A stretch of DNA of 61,138 bases, the filler included, from Candidatus Tectimicrobiota bacterium (lineage in GTDB: Bacteria > JACPSX01), in assembly GCA_016193065.1 (NCBI GenBank). It is 5 parts of 5 records of this genome, joined end to end, with 100 filler letters (N's around TTAATTAATTAA, not from the genome) between each part and the next. Parts side by side here need not be neighbours in the genome. Positions count along the whole stretch, not along the records: positions 36,657 to 45,921 come from JACPSX010000253.1; positions 46,022 to 54,208 come from JACPSX010000254.1; 3 more parts are not named here. One strand, 5' to 3'. A program made the position numbers and the translations under genes. The notes under the pieces are model-generated. The model had not been told where the DNA came from and did no database searches. It worked only from the letters and a program-made list of their open reading frames with translations. This document shows positions 37,943-47,960 of the stretch, one piece after another (the first letter of the stretch is position 1; each line of letters starts with the position of its first letter).

Positions 37943-38012
37943 GGGCGTCATGAATGACGCCCCTACCGGGTACCCGCCCGGCGGGGGGGCGCAATTCATT
38001 GCGCCCCCCCGC
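37943..38012. repeat. Pair of GTAG-family REP-like hairpins
   Basis: GGGCGTCAT-GA-ATGACGCCC followed by CTAC; perfect 15-bp stem GCGGGGGGGCGCAAT-TC-ATTGCGCCCCCCCGC. Confidence 0.65.
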
Positions 38013-38024
38013 CTCAACACACTC

Positions 38025-38813
38025 CTAGCTCATGACGGTGCCACCGCACACGTTAATCCCCTGGCCGTTAATCCCACGGGCGTCATCCGTGGACAGGTAA
38101 ACCGCCAACGCCGCCACCTCTTCCGGCTCAATGGCCCGCTTCTGGGGGCTTTCCGAGATCAATGCCTCCTTGGCCTGTTCCGGCGTCATCCCCGTTTTGC
38201 CAACGATATTCTCGACGCTCCCGCTGAGCATGCCTGCTTCAGTCCATCCCGGACAGATGGCGTTCACCGTGATGTTGTAGCGGGTCACCTCCAAAGCCAA
38301 GGAACGGACCAGCCCCAGCACGCCGTGCTTGGAAGCGCTGTAAGCCCCGCTGTAGGCATGACCGCTCTTCGCTAGAGTCGAGGCAACGCTAATGATGCGG
38401 CCGTAGCGCTGGGCCATCAGGTGAGGAAGTACGGCCTTAATGCAGTAGTAGGACCCCGTGAGGTTCGTCTGGATGATGCGTTCCCAGAGCTCGTCTTCCA
38501 TCTTGGCGATGAGCACTCCCGCCGTGATCCCCGCATTGTTGACCAGAATGTGGACGCCCCCCAGTTTCTCCACGGTCTGCTGCACCAGATTGTTTACGGA
38601 ACTGCGGTTCGCTACGTCCGTGGCCACTGCCAGAGCCTGACCTCCGCCGGACCTGATTTGTGAGGCCACCTCCTCGATCTCGCCGGAACTGCGAGCCGCC
38701 AGGGCCACCTTAGCCCCCGCCCCTGCAAACGCCAGCGCAATGGCCCGCCCGATCCCCCGGCCCGCGCCAGTGATGATCGCCACTTTCCCGTCCAGCTTTC
38801 CGGATGAACCCAC
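38025..38813 (-). CDS. Short-chain dehydrogenase/reductase
   Basis: TGAGRGIG, NNAG, YSASK, NAICPG. Confidence 0.93.
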   Translation of the reverse strand: MGSSGKLDGKVAIITGAGRGIGRAIALAFAGAGAKVALAARSSGEIEEVASQIRSGGGQALAVATDVANRSSVNNLVQQTVEKLGGVHILVNNAGITAGVLIAKMEDELWERIIQTNLTGSYYCIKAVLPHLMAQRYGRIISVASTLAKSGHAYSGAYSASKHGVLGLVRSLALEVTRYNITVNAICPGWTEAGMLSGSVENIVGKTGMTPEQAKEALISESPQKRAIEPEEVAALAVYLSTDDARGINGQGINVCGGTVMS

Positions 38814-38961
38814 AATTGACCTCCCTTTTTAAACGCTGGAGAAGACTGCTGTTGCCACGCCGCCTGAACATCTCTTTTGCAAATCGTTGTTACTATAGTG
38901 GAATCCGCTGAGAAATCAAGGAGAGCATTCAGCACTTAGCTCTTAGCCCTTAAAAGTAGGA

Positions 38962-38994
38962 GGGGTGCCAGATCCTACAGGAACCTGGCACCCC
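38962..38994 (-). terminator. Putative terminator hairpin after the small Cys-rich gene
   Basis: Minus strand GGGGTGCCAGG...TCTGGCACCCC followed by TCCTACTTTT. Confidence 0.45.
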
Positions 38995-39062
38995 CAGGGT
39001 GGCAGTCAAGGGAAACCCCTTGCTGTGCAGGAAGGCGCGATGAACTCTAAATGACGAAGCTT

Positions 39063-39281
39063 TTAGGAAGCGAAGGCTACCTGGGAAATGAATGCGGCTA
39101 CAGTCTGCTGAATCCTGGGCAGGGGAGAAATGGCAAATTGATCCTGGGCACAATGAGAGCAAAAAACCACCTCTTCAGGGGTGTATGCACAGGCGGGACA
39201 GCATGAGGCTCCGCACTCGAAGCATCCGAGATCTTCAAAGGGTGAATGGTACTCGTGTCCGCAGTGACATTTCCTCCGCAT
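39063..39281 (-). CDS. Small Cys-rich putative zinc-finger protein
   Basis: CHCGH, CFECG, CCPAC, CSHC motifs in 72 aa; AAGGA RBS. Confidence 0.65.
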   Translation of the reverse strand: MRRKCHCGHEYHSPFEDLGCFECGASCCPACAYTPEEVVFCSHCAQDQFAISPLPRIQQTVAAFISQVAFAS

Positions 39282-39363
39282 GGCCGTTTCCTTTCTCGAT
39301 ACGCCCACCAGTCACCTCAGGTCATTTTGCTAGGGGACCGTCCCCTCGCTTCTCTAGATATAG

Positions 39364-39379
39364 AGCAAAAGGCATTCCT
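39364..39379 (-). promoter_or_regulatory. sigma54 (-24/-12) promoter candidate
   Basis: Minus strand AGGAATGCCTTTTGCT (GG-N10-GC), about 80 bp upstream of the small gene. Confidence 0.5.
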
Positions 39380-39484
39380 TTTTCGCAGCCCCCGAAAGTA
39401 ACCACATAAGAATCAATATTACAAATAGTTACACGAAGAGAGAAAAAATAGTCCCACATTTGCAGAGACTCATCTTCTTCAAGG

Positions 39485-39614
39485 TGAGACATTAATGTCT
39501 CATAAAAGATGAAAAAATTCAAAGCTCTGGTCGCCAGCCGCTGGAAGATGGCCGAAAAGAAGAGATTTTCCTGTGAGACATAATTGCCACACCGATTGGG
39601 ACAATCGCGACTCA
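39485..39614. promoter_or_regulatory. Candidate upstream activator sequences
   Basis: Perfect palindrome TGAGACATTAATGTCTCA (39485-39502); variants TGAGACATAATTGCCACA (39574-39591) and TGGGACAATCGCGACTCA (39597-39614). Confidence 0.6.
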
Positions 39615-40961
39615 GTTTGGCAGGCGAAAGTGTTGCGGCGAAATAGCGTGCTTAACCAGAAGGCGGTGGAAAGTCCGGCGGGGAATCCGGGCCTTCTGAG
39701 CCGCCCGGGATACATTCCCCTTTGTTTCCATCAAATAGCGTATCAAAGCCTCGCGCTCGAACCGAGCCAAGCTTTTCTCCCGCGCATCCATGAAGCCTTC
39801 GACCGCTGCCGGATCGGCCGTTGACTGCTGGATATGGTGGGGGAGATGCTCCACCTCAATTTGCCGGGAAGGAGTCAGCACCACCGCCCTTTCGATGATG
39901 TTCTCCAGCTCCCGGAGATTTCCCGGCCAGTGGTACTGCTGCATGAATTCCATGGCGTGATCCGAGATCTTCTCCACTTTCTTATTGACCTTGGCCTCGG
40001 CTTTGCGCAGGAAGTGGTAGGCCAGGATCGGGATATCTTCGACCCGCTCCCGCAGGGGTGGGAGGGTGATGGTGAACGTATTGAAGCGGTAAAACAGATC
40101 CTCCCGAAACTCCCCCCCGGCAATGGCCCGATCAAGATCCCGGTTCGTGGCCGCCACCACTCGGATCCCCACCTTTTTTGTGGTCACATCCCCGACCGCG
40201 CGGATCTCACCCGTTTGCAGCACCCGCAGCAGTTTGGATTGCATCTCCAAGCTGATGTCTCCAATCTCATCCAAAAAAATCGTGCCGCCGTTCGCTTTCT
40301 CAAACAACCCCATCTTGTCCTGAATGGCTCCAGTAAACGACCCTTTCTTATGGCCGAACAGCTCGCTTTCCATGAGCGTAGGAGTCAGCGCGGTGCAGTT
40401 CACCGTGATCAGAGGCTTGTCCTTCAAGCGGCTGTAACGGTGGATGGCGCGGGCGACAACCTCTTTGCCGGTGCCGCTTTCCCCCCGGATCAGGACAGTG
40501 GTCGGGGTGGGCGCCACTTTCAGGAGCAGGCGGGCGATCTCCTTCATCTTGGGATTCTTTCCCACGATGAACTCGCTGTCTGAACGCGCCTCGATCTCCT
40601 GCTGGATCTGCCGGTAGCGATCTTCCAGGTCTTCCTTCTTTTTTTTCTCCTCGATCAAGTCCCACAAAAACCGCGCTCCTGCCCCGCCCAAAATCTCCGA
40701 GCCCGGAGGCTTCAGGCCCTGCAGCTCTTCCCCAATTTGCGGGTTTCCTGTGACGTTGATGATCAGGTCAGCCTGGCACTTGCGGAGCAGACGCCGGTAA
40801 TCGGGGGCCACGGGGATCCCGAGGCTGCGGGCCAGCTTCATGCCGGGTGCCTGCGGGTTCACGTCGCAGACGGCAACCACCTTCACCGCAGGATCCCGAT
40901 GAAGCAAATCCAGGAGGGCGGTCCCTCCCTTCCCGGCACCCAGGATGACTACGCTCGACAT
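39612..40961 (-). CDS. sigma54-dependent activator (bEBP) with N-terminal Rossmann-like domain and Fis-type HTH
   Basis: GESGTGKE, ESELFGH..GSFTGA, FLDEIG, WPGNLREL; N-terminal VILGAGKGG. Confidence 0.93.
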   Translation of the reverse strand: MSSVVILGAGKGGTALLDLLHRDPAVKVVAVCDVNPQAPGMKLARSLGIPVAPDYRRLLRKCQADLIINVTGNPQIGEELQGLKPPGSEILGGAGARFLWDLIEEKKKKEDLEDRYRQIQQEIEARSDSEFIVGKNPKMKEIARLLLKVAPTPTTVLIRGESGTGKEVVARAIHRYSRLKDKPLITVNCTALTPTLMESELFGHKKGSFTGAIQDKMGLFEKANGGTIFLDEIGDISLEMQSKLLRVLQTGEIRAVGDVTTKKVGIRVVAATNRDLDRAIAGGEFREDLFYRFNTFTITLPPLRERVEDIPILAYHFLRKAEAKVNKKVEKISDHAMEFMQQYHWPGNLRELENIIERAVVLTPSRQIEVEHLPHHIQQSTADPAAVEGFMDAREKSLARFEREALIRYLMETKGNVSRAAQKARIPRRTFHRLLVKHAISPQHFRLPN

Positions 40962-41054
40962 CGCTGCGCCCCTACTCCAACCGCAAACAAATAGGGCAGC
41001 CGAGGTCTTGTACTCCGACTCAACTGCCCCACGGAAACCCTGCAACTGACATTT

Positions 41055-41441
41055 TCAATGGCGTCTGCGGAAGTCCTCAACAGCAGCCCGCGCGGCACGG
41101 CAGGCCATCTCCGGATAGCACCACTTCTCCGGAGGCAATCCGTCCAACGCCCTCACCACCTCTTCGGGTCTCAGAGCCTCGGCCTCCTCCAGGGTCTTGC
41201 CGGTGAGAAGCTCCGTGGTTACGCTGCTGGCGGCGATGGCCGTGCTGCAGCCCATGGTCTTGAACCGGACCTGCCGGATGACCCCATCATCCACCTGAAT
41301 CGAGAAGCGCATGAACGCGCCCAGGGAAAAATCCCCGGCTTCGCCGATTCCGCTGGCCCCGGGAATCTGCCCCACGTTGCGCGGGTTCAGGAAGTGATCC
41401 CGTACGGTGGGATTGACCTGCGTGTCAGTGCCGGCAGGCAA
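41055..41441 (-). CDS. IscU/NifU N-terminal-like scaffold protein with altered Cys ligands
   Basis: DHFLNPRNVG, FKTMGCSTAIAASS, ALDGLPPEK. Confidence 0.82.
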   Translation of the reverse strand: MPAGTDTQVNPTVRDHFLNPRNVGQIPGASGIGEAGDFSLGAFMRFSIQVDDGVIRQVRFKTMGCSTAIAASSVTTELLTGKTLEEAEALRPEEVVRALDGLPPEKWCYPEMACRAARAAVEDFRRRH

Positions 41442-41461
41442 GGCGCTCGCCCCCCCCGATT

Positions 41462-42343
41462 CTAGACCCTAAATGTGTCGAGCACCGCGTCCAGGTCGGG
41501 AGTGTCGCTTCCTTTGTGAGCCTTTTTCAGGGCTTCCAAGCGGTCTCCCAGCGTGGGTGCCTGCACCTCGTAGTAGACGCCGATGGGAACTTTCCCGTCG
41601 GTATTGGTCGACATGGCCAGCTCCAAAGCCCTGCCTTTATGACTCGGGTCATGCGTGGCGTCAATCTTCTTCACCAGCGGCTTGTAATAGTCGTACGTGT
41701 CATCCTTGTTGAACACCGGGCAAGGTGAGACCACATCGATGATTGAAAATCCCTTGTGTCGGACTCCCCGGGCAATCAGGTCCGCCAAGTGATTCCGCTC
41801 CGCAGAGAAGCCGCGAGCGACAAATGTGGCCCCGTAGATGATCGAGAAGGCCACGGGATCCACGGGTTCCTCTTGGGATCCAAACGGGGTCGTGGTGGCG
41901 ACAAAGCCCAGGCTGCTGGTCGGAGAGACCTGCCCCTTGGTGAGGCCGTAGATGCGGTTATTCATGACCACGTAAGTAATGTCGATATTCTTGCGGGCCA
42001 CGTGCGGCACGTGGCCGGCGCCGATACTGAACCCGTCTCCGTCCCCACCGGTCACGATCACGCTCAAGTCCGGCCGCGCCACTTTAATACCGAGGGCGGC
42101 CGGCAGCGCCCTGCCGTGGCAGCCATGGAACCCGTAGGTCTTCACGAAAAACGGCAGCCGGCTCGAGCAGCCGATGCCGGATACGACGACCGTCTTGTAC
42201 AAGTCCAGACCCAGTTGGGCCATCGCCTGATAGAGGGCACTTAAAACCCCGAAATCCCCGCACCCCGGACACCACGTGGGATGGACGTCGCTCTTATAAT
42301 CTTTCGGCTTCAGTGCTACCGAGGCCGCCGCCTGCGCATTCAT
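41462..42343 (-). CDS. 2-oxoacid:ferredoxin oxidoreductase beta subunit
   Basis: WCPGCGD, SGIGCS, GGDGD, NN.IYGLTKGQ.SPT, SPCPVF. Confidence 0.95.
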   Translation of the reverse strand: MNAQAAASVALKPKDYKSDVHPTWCPGCGDFGVLSALYQAMAQLGLDLYKTVVVSGIGCSSRLPFFVKTYGFHGCHGRALPAALGIKVARPDLSVIVTGGDGDGFSIGAGHVPHVARKNIDITYVVMNNRIYGLTKGQVSPTSSLGFVATTTPFGSQEEPVDPVAFSIIYGATFVARGFSAERNHLADLIARGVRHKGFSIIDVVSPCPVFNKDDTYDYYKPLVKKIDATHDPSHKGRALELAMSTNTDGKVPIGVYYEVQAPTLGDRLEALKKAHKGSDTPDLDAVLDTFRV

Positions 42344-44103
42344 TTCTGGAGGACCTCCTTTACTTTGTTGACAATCATCTCCGGATTAAAGGGCAGGCCA
42401 CCGTAAATCGTGTGCTTGATCGGCTTTACTGAGGTGTGGGCACTGATCAGGTCGGCGAACTGTCCCTGGTAATTGACCTCGGGAACCAGAATCCTTTTGC
42501 TCGGGACCCGCTCCGCAAACCGCTCAATGGCGATCGCAGGCACCGGGAACAACAAGTGAGGATAGAGAGCGGCCACCTTGTAGCCGGCGGAGCGCAGGCG
42601 GGCCAGCGCTTCTTGAACGGAGCCGTGGGTGGAACCCCAACTGATGATCCCCAAGTCGGCGGGATCATCCCCTTCCCGAGAAACGGAGGGAAAATCGTCC
42701 TCCTCCAAGCGAGCCAGCTTGCGGAACCTCTTTTCCGTCATCCGCGAATGGCCGGCCTGCGAGTAGATGGGCGCCGAACTTTCATCGTGCTCCAGACCCG
42801 TGGCAATATAAGCGCCACCGACCTGCCCCGGGATGGACATCGGGGAAACCCCGCTTTCGGTGATCTCGTAACGCTGGAATGGCTTGCCGCCGTTGCCGTC
42901 GCCGTTTTCGCTCAGGGTCAAGCGGTTGACCAACTGAATTCCCTTTAAATTCGGCTTCTTGATCCCCTGGGTGCGGATGCCCAGGGAAGTGTCACTCAAA
43001 AAGAGAACCGGAACCTGATACTTCTCGGCAAGGTTGAACGCCTTGATGATCAGGTAGAAGCAGTCTTCCACGCTCCCCGGAGCCAAGACGATCCGGGGGA
43101 TATCTCCGTGCCCTCCGTGGGCCGCCAGAAAGAGATCGGACTGCTCGTGTTTGGTGGGCATGCCCGTGCTGGGGCCGGCCCGCTGCACGTCCACGACCAC
43201 CAGAGGGATCTCGGTCATCCCCGCCAGACCCAAGAGCTCCGTCATCAGGGAGAGGCCGGGTCCGGAAGTAGCGGTCATGGCTTTCACACCCGCGTAGGAA
43301 GCGCCAATGGCGCTGGCAATCGAGGCAATCTCGTCCTCCTCCTGAAGCAAAACGCCGTTTACTTTGGGGAGATAGCGGGCAAGCCAGTTGGCAATCTCGG
43401 TGGCGGGTGTGATGGGATAGGCGGCATAGTAGCGGCAACCCGCCGCGAGGGCTGCCGCAGCGACGGCCTCATTGCCCGATAGGATCAACACATCCTCGAT
43501 GCCGGCACCGTTGGTGTGGAGGGAGTAAGGGTCCGTCTTTTTCAACTCGTTCTGAACGTAGAAAGCCCCCATGTCCAGCGCCTTCAGGTTCATCTCAACG
43601 ACGTCGGCACCCCGCTTCCGGAACTTGTGCTGGATGGTCTCCCTGAGTTGCTCCATGGGGATGGAAAAGAGCTGCGCTACAGCGCCCAGCGCCACCATGT
43701 TTTTTGCCCGTATGGACCCCAGGTCCCCCTTGCTGATTTTGGTCATCGGGACAGGATACATATAAACTCCGGGCAGGTTGTCGGGCTCGAAATCCCCGCC
43801 TGGGCCGTCGTAAACAAACACAGTGCCCTCCCGAAGGAGGGACTTGTTCATCTCATAGGCCTCACCGTTAAAGGCGACCATCACATCAAAATTGTCCCCC
43901 TGGGAAGTCAGCGGATCATTTGAGACCCGCAACTGATACATGGCATAGCCGCCCTTAATCTCGGCCGGGAAGGTCTTAAAGGTGAGCACATGCAATCCAG
44001 AGCGGACTGCAGCCTGGGTGATGAACTCACCGGCACTAATGATTCCCTCTCCGCCTTCACCTCCGATCCTGATGATTAACTCTTTACTCTCTTTCACGAT
44101 CAT
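42340..44103 (-). CDS. 2-oxoacid:ferredoxin oxidoreductase alpha subunit (fused gamma)
   Basis: GGEGGEG, YPITPAT, EDEIA, TATSGPG, QRAGPSTGMPT. Confidence 0.95.
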   Translation of the reverse strand: MIVKESKELIIRIGGEGGEGIISAGEFITQAAVRSGLHVLTFKTFPAEIKGGYAMYQLRVSNDPLTSQGDNFDVMVAFNGEAYEMNKSLLREGTVFVYDGPGGDFEPDNLPGVYMYPVPMTKISKGDLGSIRAKNMVALGAVAQLFSIPMEQLRETIQHKFRKRGADVVEMNLKALDMGAFYVQNELKKTDPYSLHTNGAGIEDVLILSGNEAVAAAALAAGCRYYAAYPITPATEIANWLARYLPKVNGVLLQEEDEIASIASAIGASYAGVKAMTATSGPGLSLMTELLGLAGMTEIPLVVVDVQRAGPSTGMPTKHEQSDLFLAAHGGHGDIPRIVLAPGSVEDCFYLIIKAFNLAEKYQVPVLFLSDTSLGIRTQGIKKPNLKGIQLVNRLTLSENGDGNGGKPFQRYEITESGVSPMSIPGQVGGAYIATGLEHDESSAPIYSQAGHSRMTEKRFRKLARLEEDDFPSVSREGDDPADLGIISWGSTHGSVQEALARLRSAGYKVAALYPHLLFPVPAIAIERFAERVPSKRILVPEVNYQGQFADLISAHTSVKPIKHTIYGGLPFNPEMIVNKVKEVLQK

Positions 44104-44420
44104 TTCGCTCCGCGGTGCCAAGTCTTTACGCCGCTCCTCCAGCATCCTGGCACACATGTTGGTTGGTACCACCCGCGCTACGATCCTGGAAATCCTGGAT
44201 AATTCACAAGGACGACCCGATAATTCAGACCACTTTCCCCTCCTTTCCCAAGGGCCCAAATCATCGACTCTTTTTGTAGGCTATAGTATTTTATCATCAG
44301 ATGATGAAAGTGCAAGGGAAATTCTGCTTTACAGATCTCAAAAGGCCCTTTAGAATGAGACTTTATCGTGACCCGGGGTTCTCCACCGCACCCCCAAAAC
44401 CTTTTGGAGGAAGGAAGGAA

Positions 44421-44927
44421 ATGGTAGGCGCCGGCGCAGCAACGAAGCAGTTAGTTATCTACCCGGAGCGCTGCACAGCCTGTCGCATGTGCGAGCTGGC
44501 CTGTTCTTTTGAGCACGAAGGGGTTTTCAACCCGAATCGCTCCCGAATCAAAGTCGAGATCTTCGCCGAGGAACCCTTCTACCTTCCCATGGCCTGCTAC
44601 CACTGCGACGATTACCCGTGCGGCCAGGTATGCCCGACGGAAGCCATCGTCAAGGATCCGAATACCCGCTGGATTACCGTGGTCGATCAAAAATGCATCG
44701 GCTGCAAGATGTGCATGCAAGCCTGCCCGTTCGGAGTTATGGGGTTTTCCGCCGAGGTTGGAGTTGCCCAGAACTGTGACCTGTGCGGCGGGGACCCGCA
44801 ATGCGTCAAATTCTGCTCCCCCAAGGCCTTGGAGTTCCTTGACGTGGAGGAAACCCGCCACCACAAGAGGGGCATTTTCGCCGCCAAAGTCAAGGAGGCC
44901 ATGAAAGGGGAGGCAGCCGTTCGCTAG
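44421..44927 (+). CDS. 4Fe-4S polyferredoxin (CooF/AorB-like electron-transfer subunit)
   Basis: CTACRMCELAC, CYHCDDYPCGQVCP, CIGCKMCMQACP, CDLCGGDPQCVKFC. Confidence 0.92.
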   Translation: MVGAGAATKQLVIYPERCTACRMCELACSFEHEGVFNPNRSRIKVEIFAEEPFYLPMACYHCDDYPCGQVCPTEAIVKDPNTRWITVVDQKCIGCKMCMQACPFGVMGFSAEVGVAQNCDLCGGDPQCVKFCSPKALEFLDVEETRHHKRGIFAAKVKEAMKGEAAVR

Positions 44928-45049
44928 TGCCGTTCCAACTATTTTCGGCTCCTTTCCCGGTTCGCGTGGTCTATACTTTTGCTGCCAAGCAGGTCGCTCA
45001 AATTAGGCACATTAAGTTGTAACGGTACTAGGCTGGCAGGGTACCCCGG

Positions 45050-45921
45050 ATGACTTCTCCCAAACCTCATCAAGCCCACTATGTCATCGTGGGAAATAGC
45101 GCGGCAGGCCTGAACGCCGTCGATGCAATACGGGCCGGCGATCCCTCTTCTTCCCTGCTCCTCATCGCGGACGAAGACACCGTCGCCTACTCCCGCGTGG
45201 CAACCCCCTATTACATCAGCCGGGAAATCGATGACTCGGTCCTATTTTACAAGTCCGAGGAATACTATCGGCAACGCCAGGTGACAACCCTCTTCGGACA
45301 CCGGGTGGTCGCCCTCCATACCGATCGCCACCAAGTGGAGCTGGCAGACGGCTCGCAGATCTCATACAGGAAGCTGCTCTTGGCCACCGGATCGACGCCC
45401 TCCCGCCCCCCGATCAAGGGACTGGAGCGGGTCAAAGTGTTCCCTCATTGGACCCTGGCGCAAGCGAGAAACATCCTGGAACAGACTCCCCTTGCGGAGA
45501 ATGCAGCCGTTCTCGGTGGAGGGTTTATCAGCCTTCTGACCGTCAATGCCATGAAGGCACTGAAGCCCTCCATCCGGTTCACCGTTATCGAGCGCCTTCC
45601 TCAGGTGATGCCGAACCTGCTGGACGAACAGGCCGCCCGCATGCTCGAACAGCGGATGGTGGCTCAGGGGATCCAGGTCAAGACCGGAGTCGAGGCCACA
45701 GAGTTAGCTGAATTACCGGGGGGAAAAACCCGGGTGATCTTGAGCGACGGCACCGAACAAAAAGTGGATATGGTTGTCCTGGGCACCGGAGTCCGTCCCA
45801 ATGTGGACTTTCTGCTGGACTCGGGACTGAAGATTCAAAGAGGAATCCTGGTCAACGAGCGCATGGAGACCAATCTTCCCGCCGTGTATGCTGCCGGGGA
45901 CTGCGCCGAATCGTTCGGCCT
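45050..45921 (+). CDS. FAD-dependent pyridine nucleotide-disulfide oxidoreductase (3'-partial)
   Basis: IVGNSAAG, LLLATGS, VLGGGFI, GVRPN, YAAGDCAE. Confidence 0.9.
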
Positions 45922-46021
45922 NNNNNNNNNNNNNNNNNNNNNNNNNNNNNNNNNNNNNNNNNNNNTTAATTAATTAANNNNNNNNNNNNNNNNNNNNNNN
46001 NNNNNNNNNNNNNNNNNNNNN
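45922..46021. other. Artificial contig spacer
   Basis: N-run / TTAATTAATTAA / N-run. Confidence 0.98.
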
Positions 46022-47028
46022 ACCGTGGAGGTATCGAAATAGACCGCCCGGGCCACCCCCTCGACCTCGAAAAAGGACGGGTAGAGGATCAGGGCCACAC
46101 TGTAGAGATAAGCCGCCGAGGTACCCACGGCAATCAACGTATTCATGTTCGCCGTGCGGTGCTTCAGGGCGGCCCAGGCCCCGGCGTAAAACTGCCCGCC
46201 GGCCCAGAACTGGATCGGGGTAGCCAGAATCCACAGGACCACGAAATTCTGCAGAAAGCCCGGCATCCAGGGGAACAGGTGGGGGGTGCTGCCCATCATC
46301 ACCCCGAGACCGACGATGGCGCTGGTGATGAGCTTTACCCGCAGCCGCTTGAGAAGCCTCTCGTGCTCCACCTTCTGGCGGTCGACGATCTCCCCCTCTT
46401 TTCCCTCTTCCTCCAGGACCGGCTCATAACCCGCTTCCCGGATCGCTCTGGCCAGATCGGCCATGCCGGTCAGCGCCGGCACGTATTCGACGGCTGCTGT
46501 CTCCGTGGCAAAGTTGACGGTGGCGGAGGCTACCCCCTTCGCCTCTCGCAAAGCCGTCTCGATCCGCTCGACGCAGGAGGCGCACGACATTCCCTGCACG
46601 GGGATATTCGCCTTCACCGTGGGCACCCGATACCCCAGGTCCCCCACGCTCTTGACCAAGTCGGCAAGCCCCAGCTTCCGGGGATCGAAGACCACGGTGG
46701 CCTTTTCCGCAGCAAAGTTCACCGATGCCTGAAAAACCCCCGCTAGATCACCAAGCCCTTCCTCGATGTGAGCAGCGCAACTCGCACAGGTCATCCCTTC
46801 CAAGGTCAGATCGACTCTCTCCCCCTCACCCTCGGAAACTGCGGCTTTCACGCTGCCGTGGGAGCCATTACCAGTAGCCTTATCACCGTTCAGGGCAGCC
46901 GCCGGGTCCTGATCAAACTTCTCCTTGCAGCTCACGGCGCAAAAATAGTACTCCTGTCCCTCGTAGGAGCTGTTCCCCGCCGCCGTTTCTTTCTCGACTT
47001 CCATTCCACAGATGGGATCTGTAGGCAT
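46022..47028 (-). CDS. copA: Cu(I)-translocating P1B-type ATPase with YHS and two HMA domains (3'-partial)
   Basis: DPICGM, GMTCASC, GMSCASC, ANMNTLIAVGT, YFDT. Confidence 0.92.
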
Positions 47029-47043
47029 GATCTCCCCCTTCTT

Positions 47044-47319
47044 TTAACGCCGGAACTGCGAGAGGATCTGCATCACCTCGTCAATCTTCTCGTCCTGCTC
47101 CTTTACGGAACCCGACCTCATGGCCCCGCTGACACAGGTCTCCAGGTGTCGGCGCAGGATGAGCTCCTCCACCTTGCCCAGGGCGGCTACCACCGAGCGC
47201 AGTACGGTGAGGACTTCAATGCAGTAACGCTCCTCCTCAACCATTTTCTGAATGCCGCGCACTTGCCCCTCGATGCGCCGCAGGCGATCGAGAACTTCTT
47301 TGTGATGATTGTTTGCCAT
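47044..47319 (-). CDS. csoR: Copper-sensing transcriptional repressor
   Basis: RLRRIEGQVRGIQKM..ERYC..HLETCV; directly upstream of copA. Confidence 0.92.
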   Translation of the reverse strand: MANNHHKEVLDRLRRIEGQVRGIQKMVEEERYCIEVLTVLRSVVAALGKVEELILRRHLETCVSGAMRSGSVKEQDEKIDEVMQILSQFRR

Positions 47320-47343
47320 GGTCACCTCCGTTGCTGGAGGATG

Positions 47344-47373
47344 AATATAGTATACCCCCCTATACTATGTCAA
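47344..47373 (-). promoter_or_regulatory. csoR-copA promoter with CsoR-type operator
   Basis: ATAGTATA-CCCCCC-TATACTAT palindrome (47347-47368) lying between TTGACA and TATATT on the minus strand. Confidence 0.8.
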
Positions 47374-47570
47374 GGATTTTTTCAACCGGCCTGAAAACCC
47401 AGGAAAGAATCTGCCAGGATGGTATAGCTCCCTCCTGGATCATTTCGAATGCTGTCTTGAGAAAGGCGGGGTCTGGCCCCCGGAACTACCGGGGACCAGA
47501 TGGGTGGAAGGTTCAAGCGGGGTATACGAGGAGGAAAAGCGGAATCCAAAGCAAGAGAGAAGTCCAGCCT

Positions 47571-47798
47571 TTAGCCTACTGCGATTGGTTCTATAGTATT
47601 CTTATCGCACCCCTTCTCCATATCCCAACCGCAACAGCAAATCCCATAGTGAATTGAGGAAAAGAGCGTCATCCGGGTCTCTTCTTTATATTCGGCCTCG
47701 GTCCCGTACTCGGCTCCGCAGCAGGGGCATTTCCGGTAGTATTCCCACCCCCGAACTCCCCCCGGTCTTCCGTGACGACTTCCATCCAGCGCCAGCAT
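47571..47798 (-). CDS. Small Cys-rich hypothetical protein
   Basis: AAGGAGG RBS; CPCCG and ICCCG motifs. Confidence 0.4.
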   Translation of the reverse strand: MLALDGSRHGRPGGVRGWEYYRKCPCCGAEYGTEAEYKEETRMTLFSSIHYGICCCGWDMEKGCDKNTIEPIAVG

Positions 47799-47960
47799 GG
47801 CCCCCACCTCCTTGCCCCTAAAGCATCTCTAGTGACCTAAAGCACATCCTGGCCACCATCGGCTCTAGAGCGATTACTCTTATCTCAATATTTAATGCGG
47901 ACCTGGCGCACAGTAAATGAGCCGTTTGCAGCGATTTTCTAGTGCAGTTGTACTAGATGC

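Noticed and set aside
44146-44162. TGGCAC-containing sigma54-like motif
   Set aside because: The -12 element reads TTGG rather than TTGC and it lies far from a suitable start.
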